Assembly (NCBI GenBank): GCA_965549635.1
Contig: CBEVHI010000003.1
Coordinates: 1 to 34,955 of the forward strand
DNA: 34,955 nt
From: an uncultured bacterium
Lineage (GTDB): Bacteria > Actinomycetota > Acidimicrobiia > Spongiisociales > UBA4744
Direction of reading: 5' to 3'
Shown: positions 10,003 through 24,245 of the stretch, one piece after another
How the letters are laid out: every line of letters starts with the position of its first letter
Numbering within the stretch: the stretch's first letter is position 1
The notes under the pieces: generated by a model
The model's input: only the letters and a program-made list of their open reading frames with translations
Told to the model about the DNA's origin: nothing
The model's database searches: none
Made by a program: the position numbers and the translations under genes

Positions 10003-10896
10003 GACTTCAGAGCTTCGCCTTACGGCTAACCCCTCCGCTTGACCTTCCGGCACCGGGCAGGCGTCAGAGCGTATACGTCGTCTTGCGACTTAGCACGCTC
10101 CTGTGTTTTTAGTAAACAGTCGCTTGGGCCTGGTTTCTGCGGCCCCCTCAGGCTTCGGACGCAAGTCCTACACCTTACCGGGGCGCCCCTTCTCCCGAAG
10201 TTACGGGGCCAATTTGCCGAGTTCCTTAACCAGGGTTCTCTCGCTCGCCTTGGTATTCTCTACCTGTCCACCTGTGTCGGTTTGGGGTACGGGCGCCTGC
10301 GCACTCACTAGAGGTTTTTCTAGGCGGCTTGGGCGTTCAGCGGCTTCGCCTGAATCGGCTCGGCATCGTGCCTCGGGAACACGAGGTCCGGATTTGCCTA
10401 GACCTCTCCCTACACACTTACCCCGGGTCAACCAACGCCCGGGTCCGCTTACCCTTCCGCGTCACCCCATTGTTCGCCTACTACCAGCGGGGTCGGTAGG
10501 CCCCGAAGGGCTTTCCTTAGCACACTGGGTTTGGCCGGATCGCACGCGAGGCGGTACGGGAATATCAACCCGTTGTCCATCGATTACGCCTTTCGGCCTC
10601 ACCTTAGGTCCCGACTAACCCTGGGCGGACGAACCTTCCCCAGGAACCCTTGGACATCCGGCGGAGGAGATTCTCACTCCTCTTTCGCTACTCATGCCGG
10701 CATTCGCACTCGGGCAGCCTCCACGGCTGGCTCACGCCGCCGCTTCGAGGGCTGCTCGACGCTCCCCTACCGATCCTGTCGCCTGGACCCACACCTCGAG
10801 AGGTATGGGTCGAGCTCATGACAGAATCCCGCAGCTTCGGCACCGAACTTGAGCCCCGTTACATTTTCCGCGCAGAATCACTCGACCAGTGAGCTG

Positions 10897-10945
<49 letters not shown>

Positions 10946-11513
10946 TTGGGCGACTCCACATCGTTTCCCACTAAGTTCGGATTTAGGGGCCTTAGCTGGC
11001 GGTCTGGGCTGTTTCCCTTTCGACTACGAAGCTCATCCCCCGCAGTCTGACTGCTGTATTCTAAAGCCATGAGATTCGGAGTTTGACTGGGGTCAGTAAG
11101 CTTGTTGGCCCCCTAGCCCAATCAGTGCTCTACCCCCATGGCGAAACATACAACGCTAGCCCTAAAGCTATTTCGGGGAGAACCAGCTATCACCGAGTTT
11201 GCTTGGCCTTTCACCCCTATCCACAGGTCATCCCCCAAGTTTTCAACCTTGGTGGGTTCGGGCCTCCACGAGGTCTTACCCTCGCTTCACCCTGCCCATG
11301 GATAGATCACTCGGATTCGGGTCCAGGACACGCGACTCGACGCCCTATTCAGACTCGCTTTCGCTGCGGCTTCGGCACACGCCTTAACCTTGCCACGTAT
11401 CGCTGACTCGCCGGCTCATTCTTCAAAAGGCAGGCGGTTAGGGATCAATGATCCCCTCCCACTGCTTGTAGGTCCACGATTTCAGGTTCTCTTTCACTCC
11501 CCTCACCGGGGTG

Positions 11514-11555
<42 letters not shown>

Positions 11556-12095
11556 TAGGAAGTACTTAGCCTTACGAGGTGGTCCTCGCAGATTCACACG
11601 GGATATCCCCCGTGATACTTGGGAACTCCACCAGGAGATCGATGCGCTTTCGCCTACAGGGCTGTTACCTTCTGCGGCCCGTCGTTCCAGACAGGTTCAG
11701 CTCACGCTCGATTTTGTGACTCCTTGACGGCTCCGATGCGCCGTCGGGTGGGTCCCACGACCTCGGTATGGCAACACCATCGGGTTATTCCACCACACCG
11801 GTTTAGGCTCATTCCCTTTCGCTCGCCGCTACTCGGGAAGTCGTTGTTACTTTCTTTTCCTCGGGGTACTGAGATGTTTCAATTCCCCCGGTTCCCTCTA
11901 CCGGCCCTATATATTCAGACCGGAGTGACTGGGCATTACCCCAGACGGGTTTCCCCATTCGGATATCCCCGGATCGAAGCTCGCTTGACAGCTCCCCGGG
12001 GCTTTTCGCAGCCTGCCGCGTCCTTCTTCGGCTCCTAGCGCCAAGGCATCCATCGTAGACCCTTAGTAGCTTGGATAGATAGAATCCAAAACGTT

Positions 12096-12127
12096 ATACA
12101 TGCTCGCTATGCAGTTCTCAAGGTGCC
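12096..12127 (-). promoter_or_regulatory. Spacer boxA and 5' arm of the 23S processing stalk
   Basis: GGCACCTTGAGAAC is boxA-like. CATAGCGAGCATGTAT (12096-12111) is a perfect 16-bp complement of 8255-8270 downstream of 23S. Confidence 0.8.
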
Positions 12128-12271
12128 GTCAAGAGAGACGATCAATATGACCGAACTCCCTCACAACTAAACAGCGTGCCTCATTTGACCATCCGAAACA
12201 AGTCCGAGTGGCCAACATCGTCAGTAAATCAACTAAGAGCTATGAGGCCTAAGCCTCGTTGTTGCTCCTTA

Positions 12272-13802
<1,531 letters not shown>

Positions 13803-13945
13803 ACAGATTCAGGCTCCCCAAAAGGGTTGCCCTCGAACTGTCAGAGAGATTTCCTAGTTGCGCCTCGAGCTTGACATCCCGAGACGCGCCTTGGAGTACG
13901 TCCATCCCGAGCGGCGAACCGCCGAGGATGGATTACTGACTATTT

Positions 13946-13971
13946 GGCACGCTGTTTAGTTGTCAAGGAGC
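13946..13971 (-). promoter_or_regulatory. rrn leader boxA and 5' arm of the 16S processing stalk
   Basis: GCTCCTTGACAAC is boxA-like. 13946-13963 is a perfect 18-bp complement of 12163-12180 in the ITS. Confidence 0.8.
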
Positions 13972-14084
13972 CCGGAGCGCTCAGACAGCGTCTGGGCAGC
14001 GTTCCAACCCCTGGAGGTTTCGACTCGCCCCACCGACTCGTGTCGGCAGGCACCGATCCCGGCGGGCGACCCCCGGGGGATGGA

Positions 14085-14112
14085 ACTGTAACCGTTTCCC
14101 CACCGATGTCAA
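14085..14112 (-). promoter_or_regulatory. rrn sigma-A promoter
   Basis: TTGACA-N16-TACAGT on the minus strand upstream of leader boxA. Confidence 0.8.
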
Positions 14113-14279
14113 ACCACCGCGCTCCCAGCGCACGAGCCTGTCCCGCCAAGTCGACACGGCACCCGGCCCGGCGCACCGTTCGGGCAAGAAGGGCGAGGTT
14201 CGGCGCTTCTGTCAGGGCGACATCGTGACTCGTGAGCGGCGCCGGTTCTCCTCGACTGCCGCATCTCAGAAACCTGAGG

Positions 14280-15467
14280 TCAGTCCGAGGCGAGCCTCAT
14301 ACGGGCGTACCGACGCTTGCCGACTTGAAGTGTGGCACCGGCCAACGCAGAGCTTGGCAGAGTCTCCTCGAGTACCTTCTCGCCATCGACCTTCACCGCG
14401 CCCTGGGCAATCAGGCGCCTGGCATCGCTCGAGCTGTTGGCCAGCCCGTGCTCTCGCAGGAAGCCGGGGAGCCAGACCTCTTCCCCTTCGGGCAAGGTGA
14501 GCTCGGGGGCGTCGTCCGGCACCTCGTGGCGCTTGAACAGAAGATCGAAGGAGGCTTCAGCCGCCGCGGCTGCTTCGTCTCCCCAGTAGATGCCGACAAT
14601 CTGTGCGGCCAGTCGTCGTTTGGTCTCTCCCGGATGTAGCGAGCCGTCGGCGAGACCACGGGCGACGCCGCCCAGCTCTTCCTCTGTCATGTCGGTGCAC
14701 AACTCGAAGTAGGAGACAATCAGCTCGTCGGGGATGCTCATGAGCTTGCCGAACATGTCGCCGGCAGGTTCGTCGATCGCCACGTAGTTGCCCAGAGATT
14801 GCGACATCTTGTGAACACCGTCTGTCCCGAGGAGCAGCGGCATTGTCATCGGAATCTGGGGATCCTGGCCGGCGCGCTCCTGCAGCACCCTGCCCACCAT
14901 GAGGTTCCACAGCTGATCCGCGCCGCCCAGTTCGACATCGGCCTCCACAGCCACGGAATCCATACCCTGGAGAAGCGGATAGAGGAACTCCATCAGGGAG
15001 ATCGGCTGGTTGGCCTCGTATCGCTTGGCGAAGTCCCCCCGCTCGAGCATCTGGGCCACGGTCACCTGCGACGTCAACTCGAGGATCTCTCTCATATCCA
15101 GCGCTCCCAGCCACTCCGAGTTGTAGCGAATCTCCAGCGGCTCGGGGAGAAGGACCTTTCGGAACCCACCCAGAAGGTTCTCGGCGTACCGGGCCACTTC
15201 CTCGGCAGAGAGACGCCGGCGAGTTTCGCTCTTGCCCGAAGGGTCCCCCACCTGAGCGGTGAAGTCACCCACGATCAGCACAGCGGTGTGTCCGAACTCC
15301 TGGAACTCCCTGAGCTTTCGCAGTACCACAGCCCAACCCAGGGTCACCGCCGGAGCGGTCGGATCCAGACCCAACTTGATCCTCAACGGCCTCCCCAACG
15401 CAAGCTTGCGCTCCAGTGCTTCCTCTGTGACGACCCGCTCGGTGCCTCGCAACAGCTCGGTCAGCAT
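14280..15467 (-). CDS. tyrS: Tyrosine--tRNA ligase (type II-like, C-terminal S4 domain) with atypical signature motifs
   Basis: KLGLDPTA, GDFTAQVGDPSGKS, FLYPLLQG-DS, ELGG-DQ, KMSQSLGN and S4 domain. GAGGAGG SD before ATG 15467. Confidence 0.93.
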   Translation of the reverse strand: MLTELLRGTERVVTEEALERKLALGRPLRIKLGLDPTAPAVTLGWAVVLRKLREFQEFGHTAVLIVGDFTAQVGDPSGKSETRRRLSAEEVARYAENLLGGFRKVLLPEPLEIRYNSEWLGALDMREILELTSQVTVAQMLERGDFAKRYEANQPISLMEFLYPLLQGMDSVAVEADVELGGADQLWNLMVGRVLQERAGQDPQIPMTMPLLLGTDGVHKMSQSLGNYVAIDEPAGDMFGKLMSIPDELIVSYFELCTDMTEEELGGVARGLADGSLHPGETKRRLAAQIVGIYWGDEAAAAAEASFDLLFKRHEVPDDAPELTLPEGEEVWLPGFLREHGLANSSSDARRLIAQGAVKVDGEKVLEETLPSSALAGATLQVGKRRYARMRLASD

Positions 15468-15652
15468 GCATCCTCCTCGGTTGCGCAGGTTAGTGCCGGA
15501 CCCTCCGCGAACTGAAGGCACCCGCACAAGGCGACCCGGTCGACGGGAGCACCAAATCCCTGTCTTCCACCGACAGGTCGGTACGCTGGCTGCGACAGTG
15601 GTGCGCCGTCGCGATGGCCAAGCGGGACGGTGGATCGCCACCCGGGAAGGCT

Positions 15653-18037
15653 ATGAAGCGCTGGTTGCTACTCCTTGCCGGCTTCTCGCTGCTGGCGGCA
15701 GCGTGCGGCCTGCAGCCGATCGATGACCCTGGACTGGGCACTCGGGGTCTGACTTCGCTCGTCTACGCCGCTGACGGCTCGATACTCGCGCAGTGGCACG
15801 CCGAAGAGGACCGCGTGCTGGTCGGCTTCGACGAGCTTCCCCGCTCGCTCATCGATGCCGTCGTGGCCATCGAGGATGAGCGCTACTGGGAGCACGCCGG
15901 CGTCGATCTTCGGGCGCTGGCTCGTGCCATCGTCGCGAACCTCGACGCCGGCGGAGTCGTCCAGGGGGCCTCCACCATCACCCAGCAGTACCTCAAGAAC
16001 GTGGTGTTGACCCCCGAGGTCACACTCGACCGCAAGCTGACCGAGGCGGCCCTGGCTCTTCGGCTCGAGGAGGGCCTCACGAAGGAGGAGATCCTCGAGC
16101 GATACCTCAACACGGTCTACTTCGGCGATGGCGCATACGGCGTGGGAACTGCTGCCGCACACTTTTTTGCGAAGTCCCCCGCAGACCTGACACCTGGCGA
16201 GTCGGCGCTTCTGGCGGCTCTCATACAATCGCCTTCCGACACCGATCCTTATCGCCATCCTGAAGACGCACTGCGCCGCCGCAGGGTGGTCCTTGACAAG
16301 ATGGTCGAGCTTGGCTGGCTCACACCCTTCGATGCAGAGTCCGCCGACCAGGAGCCTCTCAGCCTGAGTCCGCGCACGAGCACCCAGCAGGAGCGCTATC
16401 CCTACTTCACCGAGGAGGTCAAGCGCCGTCTTCTCGCCGATCCAGCACTGGGACCGACCGCCCAGGATCGGTACAACGCGCTGTTCCGCGGAGGCCTCCG
16501 GATCTACACGACCATCGATCCTGCGGTCCAGGAGGCGGCCCGTGCCGCCGTGGACTCCGTGATCGAAGGAGAGCATCCCTCGGCTGCCGTCGCAGCCGTA
16601 GACCCTCGCACCGGACATGTGCTCGCACTCGTGGGTGGACGAGACTTCTATGACCCGAAGGATCCGCACGCCCAGTTCAACCTCGCGGTGCAAGGTCGAC
16701 GCCAGCCAGGATCGGCCTTCAAGCCGTTCACTCTTGCTGCCGCTCTCGAACACGGTCTCACGCTCGACTCGGTGTTTCAGGGCGGACGTTCCATCACCAT
16801 TGAGACCGATTCCGGCCCCTGGACCGTCCAGAACTACAACGAAGCAGCATTTCCCAACCTGACGCTCCTCGAAGGCACGGTGTACAGCGTGAATGTCGTC
16901 TACGCTCAGGTCGTCAACCTCGTCGGCGCCGAACACGTCGTCGATGTCGCAGAGGCGGCCGGTATCGACCAGGATCTGCAGCCCTTCGACTCCATCGCCC
17001 TCGGAGCACAAGAGGTTTCTCCCTTGGACATGGCTTCTGCGTACGGGACGTTCGCCGCGGACGGCATCCACGTAGACCCCATCTTCGTGACCTCGATCGA
17101 GACACATGACGGAATCAACATCTGGGAACCCGTCCCGGTCGTCACCGAAGCGATGGACAAGAGCATCGCTCAATCGGTGACCGCCGCTCTCACCGAGACG
17201 GTGCTGCGCGGCACGGGTCAGCAGGCCAAGATTGGCCGACCGATCGCCGGCAAGACCGGTACCTCTCAACAGCACAGGGATGCGTGGTTCGTCGGCTACA
17301 CCCCCGAGCTCTCGGCAGCGGTATGGGTGGGGTATGCGGAGGGACAGGTGGCCATGGAGCCCCCCACCACACCGTTCACCATCACCGGAGGAACGTGGCC
17401 TGCGCAGATCTGGGCACGCTTCGCATCCGGCGCGCTTGCGGGCACTCCCTACGGCCAGCTCCCCACAGCAGACACCGAGGGCATGGTCACCGTCGAGGTC
17501 GATCTGTCCACCGGGTTCCTCGCCGGACCCTACTGCCCGAGATCCCACGTCGCTCGGATCAGGGTACCGGCCGACCAGGTGCCAACGGTGGTCTGCCCGG
17601 TGCACAATCCAGCCGGAGTCGTCGAAGCAGGTGCGGCAACCGTGCCCGACGTGATCGGTCTCGACCTCGGATCTGCGGTCGAAGCACTCACGACAGCCGG
17701 CTTCACGAACCGCATCGACTGGAGTGATGGAGGCTCGCTGGCACAGGGAACCGTGTTCAATCAGAGTCCTTCCGCCGGAGTCCCCGCTCAGGCCGGGAGC
17801 CAGGTGCGTCTCGTTGTTGCCGGCCCTGAACCCGGTTCCACTGTTCCTTCGGTGCTTGGTTTTCCTGTCGATCAGGCCACAGCGGAGCTCCAGGCCATCG
17901 GAGTGGCTGTCGAGGTCATCACCGAAGCCGAGGCGAACCCGAACGATGCGGCGCGCCGAAGCGGCGTCGTCTGGAAACAGCAACCCGCGCCGGGATCACC
18001 CGCCGGGCCTCCGGTGCGGATCTGGGCAAACCCCTAG
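15653..18037 (+). CDS. Class A penicillin-binding protein (transglycosylase + transpeptidase) with C-terminal PASTA domains
   Basis: EDERYWEHAGVD, GASTITQQ, RKLTE, KEEILERYLN; SAFK, SVN and KTG; PDVIGL and PSVLGF PASTA starts. ATG 15653 preferred as start. Confidence 0.93.
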   Translation: MKRWLLLLAGFSLLAAACGLQPIDDPGLGTRGLTSLVYAADGSILAQWHAEEDRVLVGFDELPRSLIDAVVAIEDERYWEHAGVDLRALARAIVANLDAGGVVQGASTITQQYLKNVVLTPEVTLDRKLTEAALALRLEEGLTKEEILERYLNTVYFGDGAYGVGTAAAHFFAKSPADLTPGESALLAALIQSPSDTDPYRHPEDALRRRRVVLDKMVELGWLTPFDAESADQEPLSLSPRTSTQQERYPYFTEEVKRRLLADPALGPTAQDRYNALFRGGLRIYTTIDPAVQEAARAAVDSVIEGEHPSAAVAAVDPRTGHVLALVGGRDFYDPKDPHAQFNLAVQGRRQPGSAFKPFTLAAALEHGLTLDSVFQGGRSITIETDSGPWTVQNYNEAAFPNLTLLEGTVYSVNVVYAQVVNLVGAEHVVDVAEAAGIDQDLQPFDSIALGAQEVSPLDMASAYGTFAADGIHVDPIFVTSIETHDGINIWEPVPVVTEAMDKSIAQSVTAALTETVLRGTGQQAKIGRPIAGKTGTSQQHRDAWFVGYTPELSAAVWVGYAEGQVAMEPPTTPFTITGGTWPAQIWARFASGALAGTPYGQLPTADTEGMVTVEVDLSTGFLAGPYCPRSHVARIRVPADQVPTVVCPVHNPAGVVEAGAATVPDVIGLDLGSAVEALTTAGFTNRIDWSDGGSLAQGTVFNQSPSAGVPAQAGSQVRLVVAGPEPGSTVPSVLGFPVDQATAELQAIGVAVEVITEAEANPNDAARRSGVVWKQQPAPGSPAGPPVRIWANP

Positions 18038-18052
18038 AGATGTCCCTGGCGA

Positions 18053-18592
18053 CTACTCCCCGGAGGCGACCACGTAGCGCCACAGCCGGTCTGTGGCCCT
18101 GCTCACGCCGATCCTTGCGGTAGCTCGTACCTTTGGGTGGTCCTTGCCCAGCACCAGGCGGACCGGACCGTTTGAGAGGCTGGTCCCATCATGGTCACCG
18201 GTGATCCCCATTGCCTGACACAGCTTTCCGGGACCGTCACACAGGTGATCCGCTCTCCCCCTGCGCTGCTGCATCATCGCCACGCCATCGAGCGGCACAC
18301 CAGCCCGCAAGAGAACCGCTTCTCCACGCCCCTCTTGGCCGGTCACCACGTTGGCACACCAGTGCACGCCGTAGGAGCGATAGACATACAACGTCCCCGC
18401 GGGGGCGAACATGGACGCATTGCGCCCGGATCGGCCCTTGGCCGCGTGGCTGGCCGGGTCGTCGAAGCCGCCATAGGCTTCCACTTCGACGATTGCCACC
18501 TCTGTGACGACGCCTTCGAACTCGGTGCGCAGCTTCGCTCCAAGGAGAAGCGGGGCAATCTCAGCGACAGACCCTTCTGGAAACTCGATCAC
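18053..18592 (-). CDS. mpg: DNA-3-methyladenine glycosylase (AAG/MPG family)
   Basis: IVEVEAY, DPASHA, YVYRSYGVH, AVLLRA, GPGKLCQA and RIGVS motifs. GTG start overlaps the argF stop (GTGA). Confidence 0.92.
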   Translation of the reverse strand: MIEFPEGSVAEIAPLLLGAKLRTEFEGVVTEVAIVEVEAYGGFDDPASHAAKGRSGRNASMFAPAGTLYVYRSYGVHWCANVVTGQEGRGEAVLLRAGVPLDGVAMMQQRRGRADHLCDGPGKLCQAMGITGDHDGTSLSNGPVRLVLGKDHPKVRATARIGVSRATDRLWRYVVASGE

Positions 18593-19481
18593 TCGAACAG
18601 GTGAAGGAGCAAGGCCTTGAAGCTGTGGAGGCGATTCTCCGCCTGGTCGAGAATCCGCGAACGAGCGTGATCGACCACCGCATCGGTCACCTCGCTCCCC
18701 CGGTGTGCGGGCAGACAATGCAGGAAGATCGCATCGCCATTTGCCTTCTCGAAGAGCTCGAGATCGACCTGGAATGGAGCGAACAGTCGACTCCGCTCGT
18801 CCGCTTCTGCCTCCTGTCCCATCGAGGCCCACACGTCGGTGTAGACGACGTCGGCGCCACTCACCGCTTCGTCCGGATCGCCGGTCACGAGGACGTCTCC
18901 GTATGAAGCCGCCTTCTTCACATACTCCGGGTCAGGTTCATAGCCTGCGGGCGTCGCGAGGCGCACCTTCATTCCCACCATTGCCGCGCCGACCATGAGC
19001 GAGTGAGCAACGTTGTTGCCGTCGCCGACATAGGCGAGCACCGTTCCGGCCAGCGGCCGGTTCTGCGCGATCGTCTGCAGGTCGGCCAACGCCTGACAGG
19101 GGTGTTCAAGGTCCGAGAGCAGGTTGATCACCGGAGCTTCGGCGTGCCTCGCCACCTCAACGAGATCGGAGTGATTGAACACCCGCATCGCAATCACATC
19201 GAGGTATCGGTTCAACACCCCCGCAACGTCCTTGACCGCCTCGCGTGTCCCGAGGCCCACTTCCTGCTGACCCAGGACCACCGGAGTTGCACCGAGTTGC
19301 GCGGTGGCGAGCTCGGTTGACACCCTGGTTCTCGTCGATGGTTTCTGGAAGAACAGTCCTACGGACCGGCCACTGAGCCGGTCTCGTACCGCGCCGGGAT
19401 CGTGCCGAACGCCCTCTGCTCGGGCGAGCACCGCGCGAAGTTGGTCAGGTCCGAGATCATCGATGTGTAGGAAGTCCACTC

Positions 19482-19485
<4 letters not shown>
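18589..19485 (-). CDS. argF: Ornithine carbamoyltransferase
   Basis: STRT, HPCQALAD, GDGNNV, DVWASMG, HCLPA and QAENR motifs. Confidence 0.95.
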
Positions 19486-21865
<2,380 letters not shown>

Positions 21866-21869
<4 letters not shown>

Positions 21870-22900
21870 TGGAACTGCCCCAGAACACGCACGTCGTTTT
21901 CGAAGAAGTGCCTGATATGACCTATGCCGTGTCGGACCATGGCGAGACGCTCAACGCCGACCCCGAACGCGAACCCTGAGACGCTCGTAGGGTCATAGCC
22001 GACCGACGTGAAGACGTTGGGATCGACCATGCCGCATCCGAGCAGCTCGATCCATCCGGTCTGCGCACACACTCTGCACCCGCTCCCCTCACAGTTGAAG
22101 CACGACACGGCCATCTCCGCCGATGGTTCCGTGAAAGGGAAGAAGTGCGGATACATTCGGATCTCGCGACCGGTCCCGAAGAACCGCTCCATGAAGTACA
22201 GGAGCGTGCCCTTCAGATCCGCAAAGGTGAGACTTTCGTCCACGGCCAGCCCCTCGATCTGCGTGAACACGGGAGAGTGGGTCGCATCGAGCGCATCCGC
22301 CCGGTACACCCTTCCAGGGACGATCACATAGACAGGAGGGTCGTTCTGTTCCATGTAGCGAACCTGCATTGGTGACGTCTGCGTGCGGAGCAGCAGTTCA
22401 TCCGCCGCATCTCCCCAATCGACGTACAGCGTGTCCGACTCGAGTCTTGCCGGGTGGCTCGCCGGCGTGTTGAGTGCGTCGAAGTTGTAGGCGGCGGTCT
22501 CGACCTCCGGTCCGGTCGCCACGGCATATCCGAGAGCGGTGAAGATGTCGCTGACTTCCTCGATGGTCTCGGTGAGCAGGTGGTGGTGGCCTCTCGGTAG
22601 GGAGAAGCGAGGCAGCGTCACGTCGACCTTTTCGCGCTCGAGGAGGTGATCTTCGGCTGCCAGTTCCAGTTCGGATTCTCGTCGCTGGAGGAGTTCACGC
22701 AGCTCCTGGTAGGCCTCGTTGAGCGCTGCCCCGATCACTGGCCGCTGCTGCGCGTCGAGGCGCCCCAGATTCCTGCGCTGTTGGGCGATGTACGAGCCCT
22801 TCCCGATCAGCTCTCGGGTCAGTTCCTGTAGCTCCTCGACGGTCGCGGCGGCAGCGATACGCGCCGGAGCCTCGGAGCGAAGTTGGGTGATGCGGTCCAT
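21866..22900 (-). CDS. pheS: Phenylalanine--tRNA ligase alpha subunit
   Basis: LLRTQTSPMQ, PGRVYR, FPFTEPS and GFAFGVGVERL motifs. Confidence 0.97.
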
Positions 22901-22932
22901 CGTTCCGGCAGGTTAGCGCGACGGACCACCCG

Positions 22933-23718
22933 TCAAGCTCCCTGCCTGCCCCTCCTCTCCCCTCGATGCCCTCGCCGCCATTCGTAGGCGAGAATGGCAC
23001 CGGCGACTCCGGCATTCAGGCTCTCGGTTCCGCCGGGCATCGGGATGGTCACCCGCTGGTCCGCCGCATCCGCCACCGCCTCGGGGAGGCCGCGGGCTTC
23101 CGATCCGACCAGAATCGCCACCGGGGACGGCACGTTGATCTGGCCGATGTCGACGCCTGCCGCCGGAACACTGGCAACCAGAGAGTGGCCCCGAGCCCGG
23201 AGCGACTCCACCGTGATGCCGGTTTCGACACGGATGCGGAAATGGGCACCTGCCGCGGCGCGCAGCGCTTTCGGTGACCATGGATCCGCGCTCGTCGCGT
23301 CGACCGCAACATCCATGTCAAAGGCGGCTGCCGACCGTATCAGCGTTCCAAGGTTTCCCGGGTCGGCAACCCCCCAGAGAACCAGGCAGGACCCGCTCAC
23401 GGATACCGAGGGAGGGATTCCGATCACGGCAACCGGACCCCGAGGATGTTGCGTCGGAGCAAGGCGATCGAGCACCTCCCGGCTGACGTACACCGCCGCA
23501 CCCGTACTCTCTGCCAGCTGGTCTCCGGACAGTGCGAAGACAACCTCGGGTTGGTGACCGGCCTCGACAGCGGCTCCGACGACATTGGGGCCTTCGAGCA
23601 GGGTCCTTGCCTGGAGGCGCCGCTCGCGGGTGCGCCGAAGCTTGAGTGCCGCGACGACCCGCGGGTTGCGGGGAGATTGGATCAGCTCAGGACCGGGCTG
23701 CGTTTGCTGCCTCGACAA
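22933..23718 (-). CDS. TrmH/SpoU family RNA methyltransferase
   Basis: [19 protein letters not shown] and [13 protein letters not shown] motifs. Start uncertain (TTG 23718 or CTG 23685). Confidence 0.9.
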   Translation of the reverse strand: MSRQQTQPGPELIQSPRNPRVVAALKLRRTRERRLQARTLLEGPNVVGAAVEAGHQPEVVFALSGDQLAESTGAAVYVSREVLDRLAPTQHPRGPVAVIGIPPSVSVSGSCLVLWGVADPGNLGTLIRSAAAFDMDVAVDATSADPWSPKALRAAAGAHFRIRVETGITVESLRARGHSLVASVPAAGVDIGQINVPSPVAILVGSEARGLPEAVADAADQRVTIPMPGGTESLNAGVAGAILAYEWRRGHRGERRGRQGA

Positions 23719-24043
23719 TCTGTGAGAACGATGCCGGATCGCTGACGGCCATCTCGGCGAGCATCTTGCGATCGACGTCGATCTCCGCTGCCTTGAGACC
23801 GGCCATCAACTGGGAGTAGGTGGTTCCGTTCTGACGTGCTGCCGCGTTGATACGCGAGATCCACAGCCGGCGGAACTCTCCCTTGCGTGCCCTGCGGTCC
23901 CGATACGAGTCGGACATGGCATGCATGACCTGTTCATTCGCCGTGCGGAACCTGCGGCTCTTTGCGCCTCTGTAGCCCTTGGCCCGGTTGAGCACCTTGC
24001 GGTGTTTCTTCCTGCCGTGGAGGGCGCGTGTTACTCGTGCCAT
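23687..24043 (-). CDS. rplT: 50S ribosomal protein L20
   Basis: MARV...AKGYRG...[12 protein letters not shown]...DRKMLAE. Confidence 0.98.
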   Translation of the reverse strand: MARVTRALHGRKKHRKVLNRAKGYRGAKSRRFRTANEQVMHAMSDSYRDRRARKGEFRRLWISRINAAARQNGTTYSQLMAGLKAAEIDVDRKMLAEMAVSDPASFSQIVEAANAARS

Positions 24044-24053
24044 CAGCTACCTC

Positions 24054-24245
24054 CTACTTCCCCAGGAGACGCGAGGCCGTACGCTTGTCTCCGCCTGTCA
24101 ACACCTTGTTTCCCTTCAGCTGCCGGAACCGCTTCCGGCTCTTCGCCAGTTTCAGGTGGCCTCTCCCGGCCCGGGCGCGCACGAGCTTTCCCGAGCCGGT
24201 GCGTCGAATGCGCTTGGCAGCGCCCCTATGGCTCTTCGTCTTCAT
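24054..24245 (-). CDS. rpmI: 50S ribosomal protein L35
   Basis: KTKSHRGAAKR...TGSGK, located between infC and rplT. Confidence 0.95.
   Translation of the reverse strand: MKTKSHRGAAKRIRRTGSGKLVRARAGRGHLKLAKSRKRFRQLKGNKVLTGGDKRTASRLLGK

Noticed and set aside
12076-12271. tRNA in the 16S-23S spacer
   Set aside because: No cloverleaf or TTCGA T-loop. The spacer holds only processing stalks and boxA.
15468-15652. T-box leader for tyrS, or the 58-aa N-terminal extension in the ORF track
   Set aside because: No T-box consensus. TAACCT at 15487-15492 and the SD just before ATG 15467 indicate a short leader.
15668-17983. 771-aa antisense ORF opposite the PBP, and similar long shadows at 20142-21527 and 31548-33176
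   Set aside because: These are antisense shadows of high-GC genes with no recognisable motifs. The opposite strands carry clear protein families.
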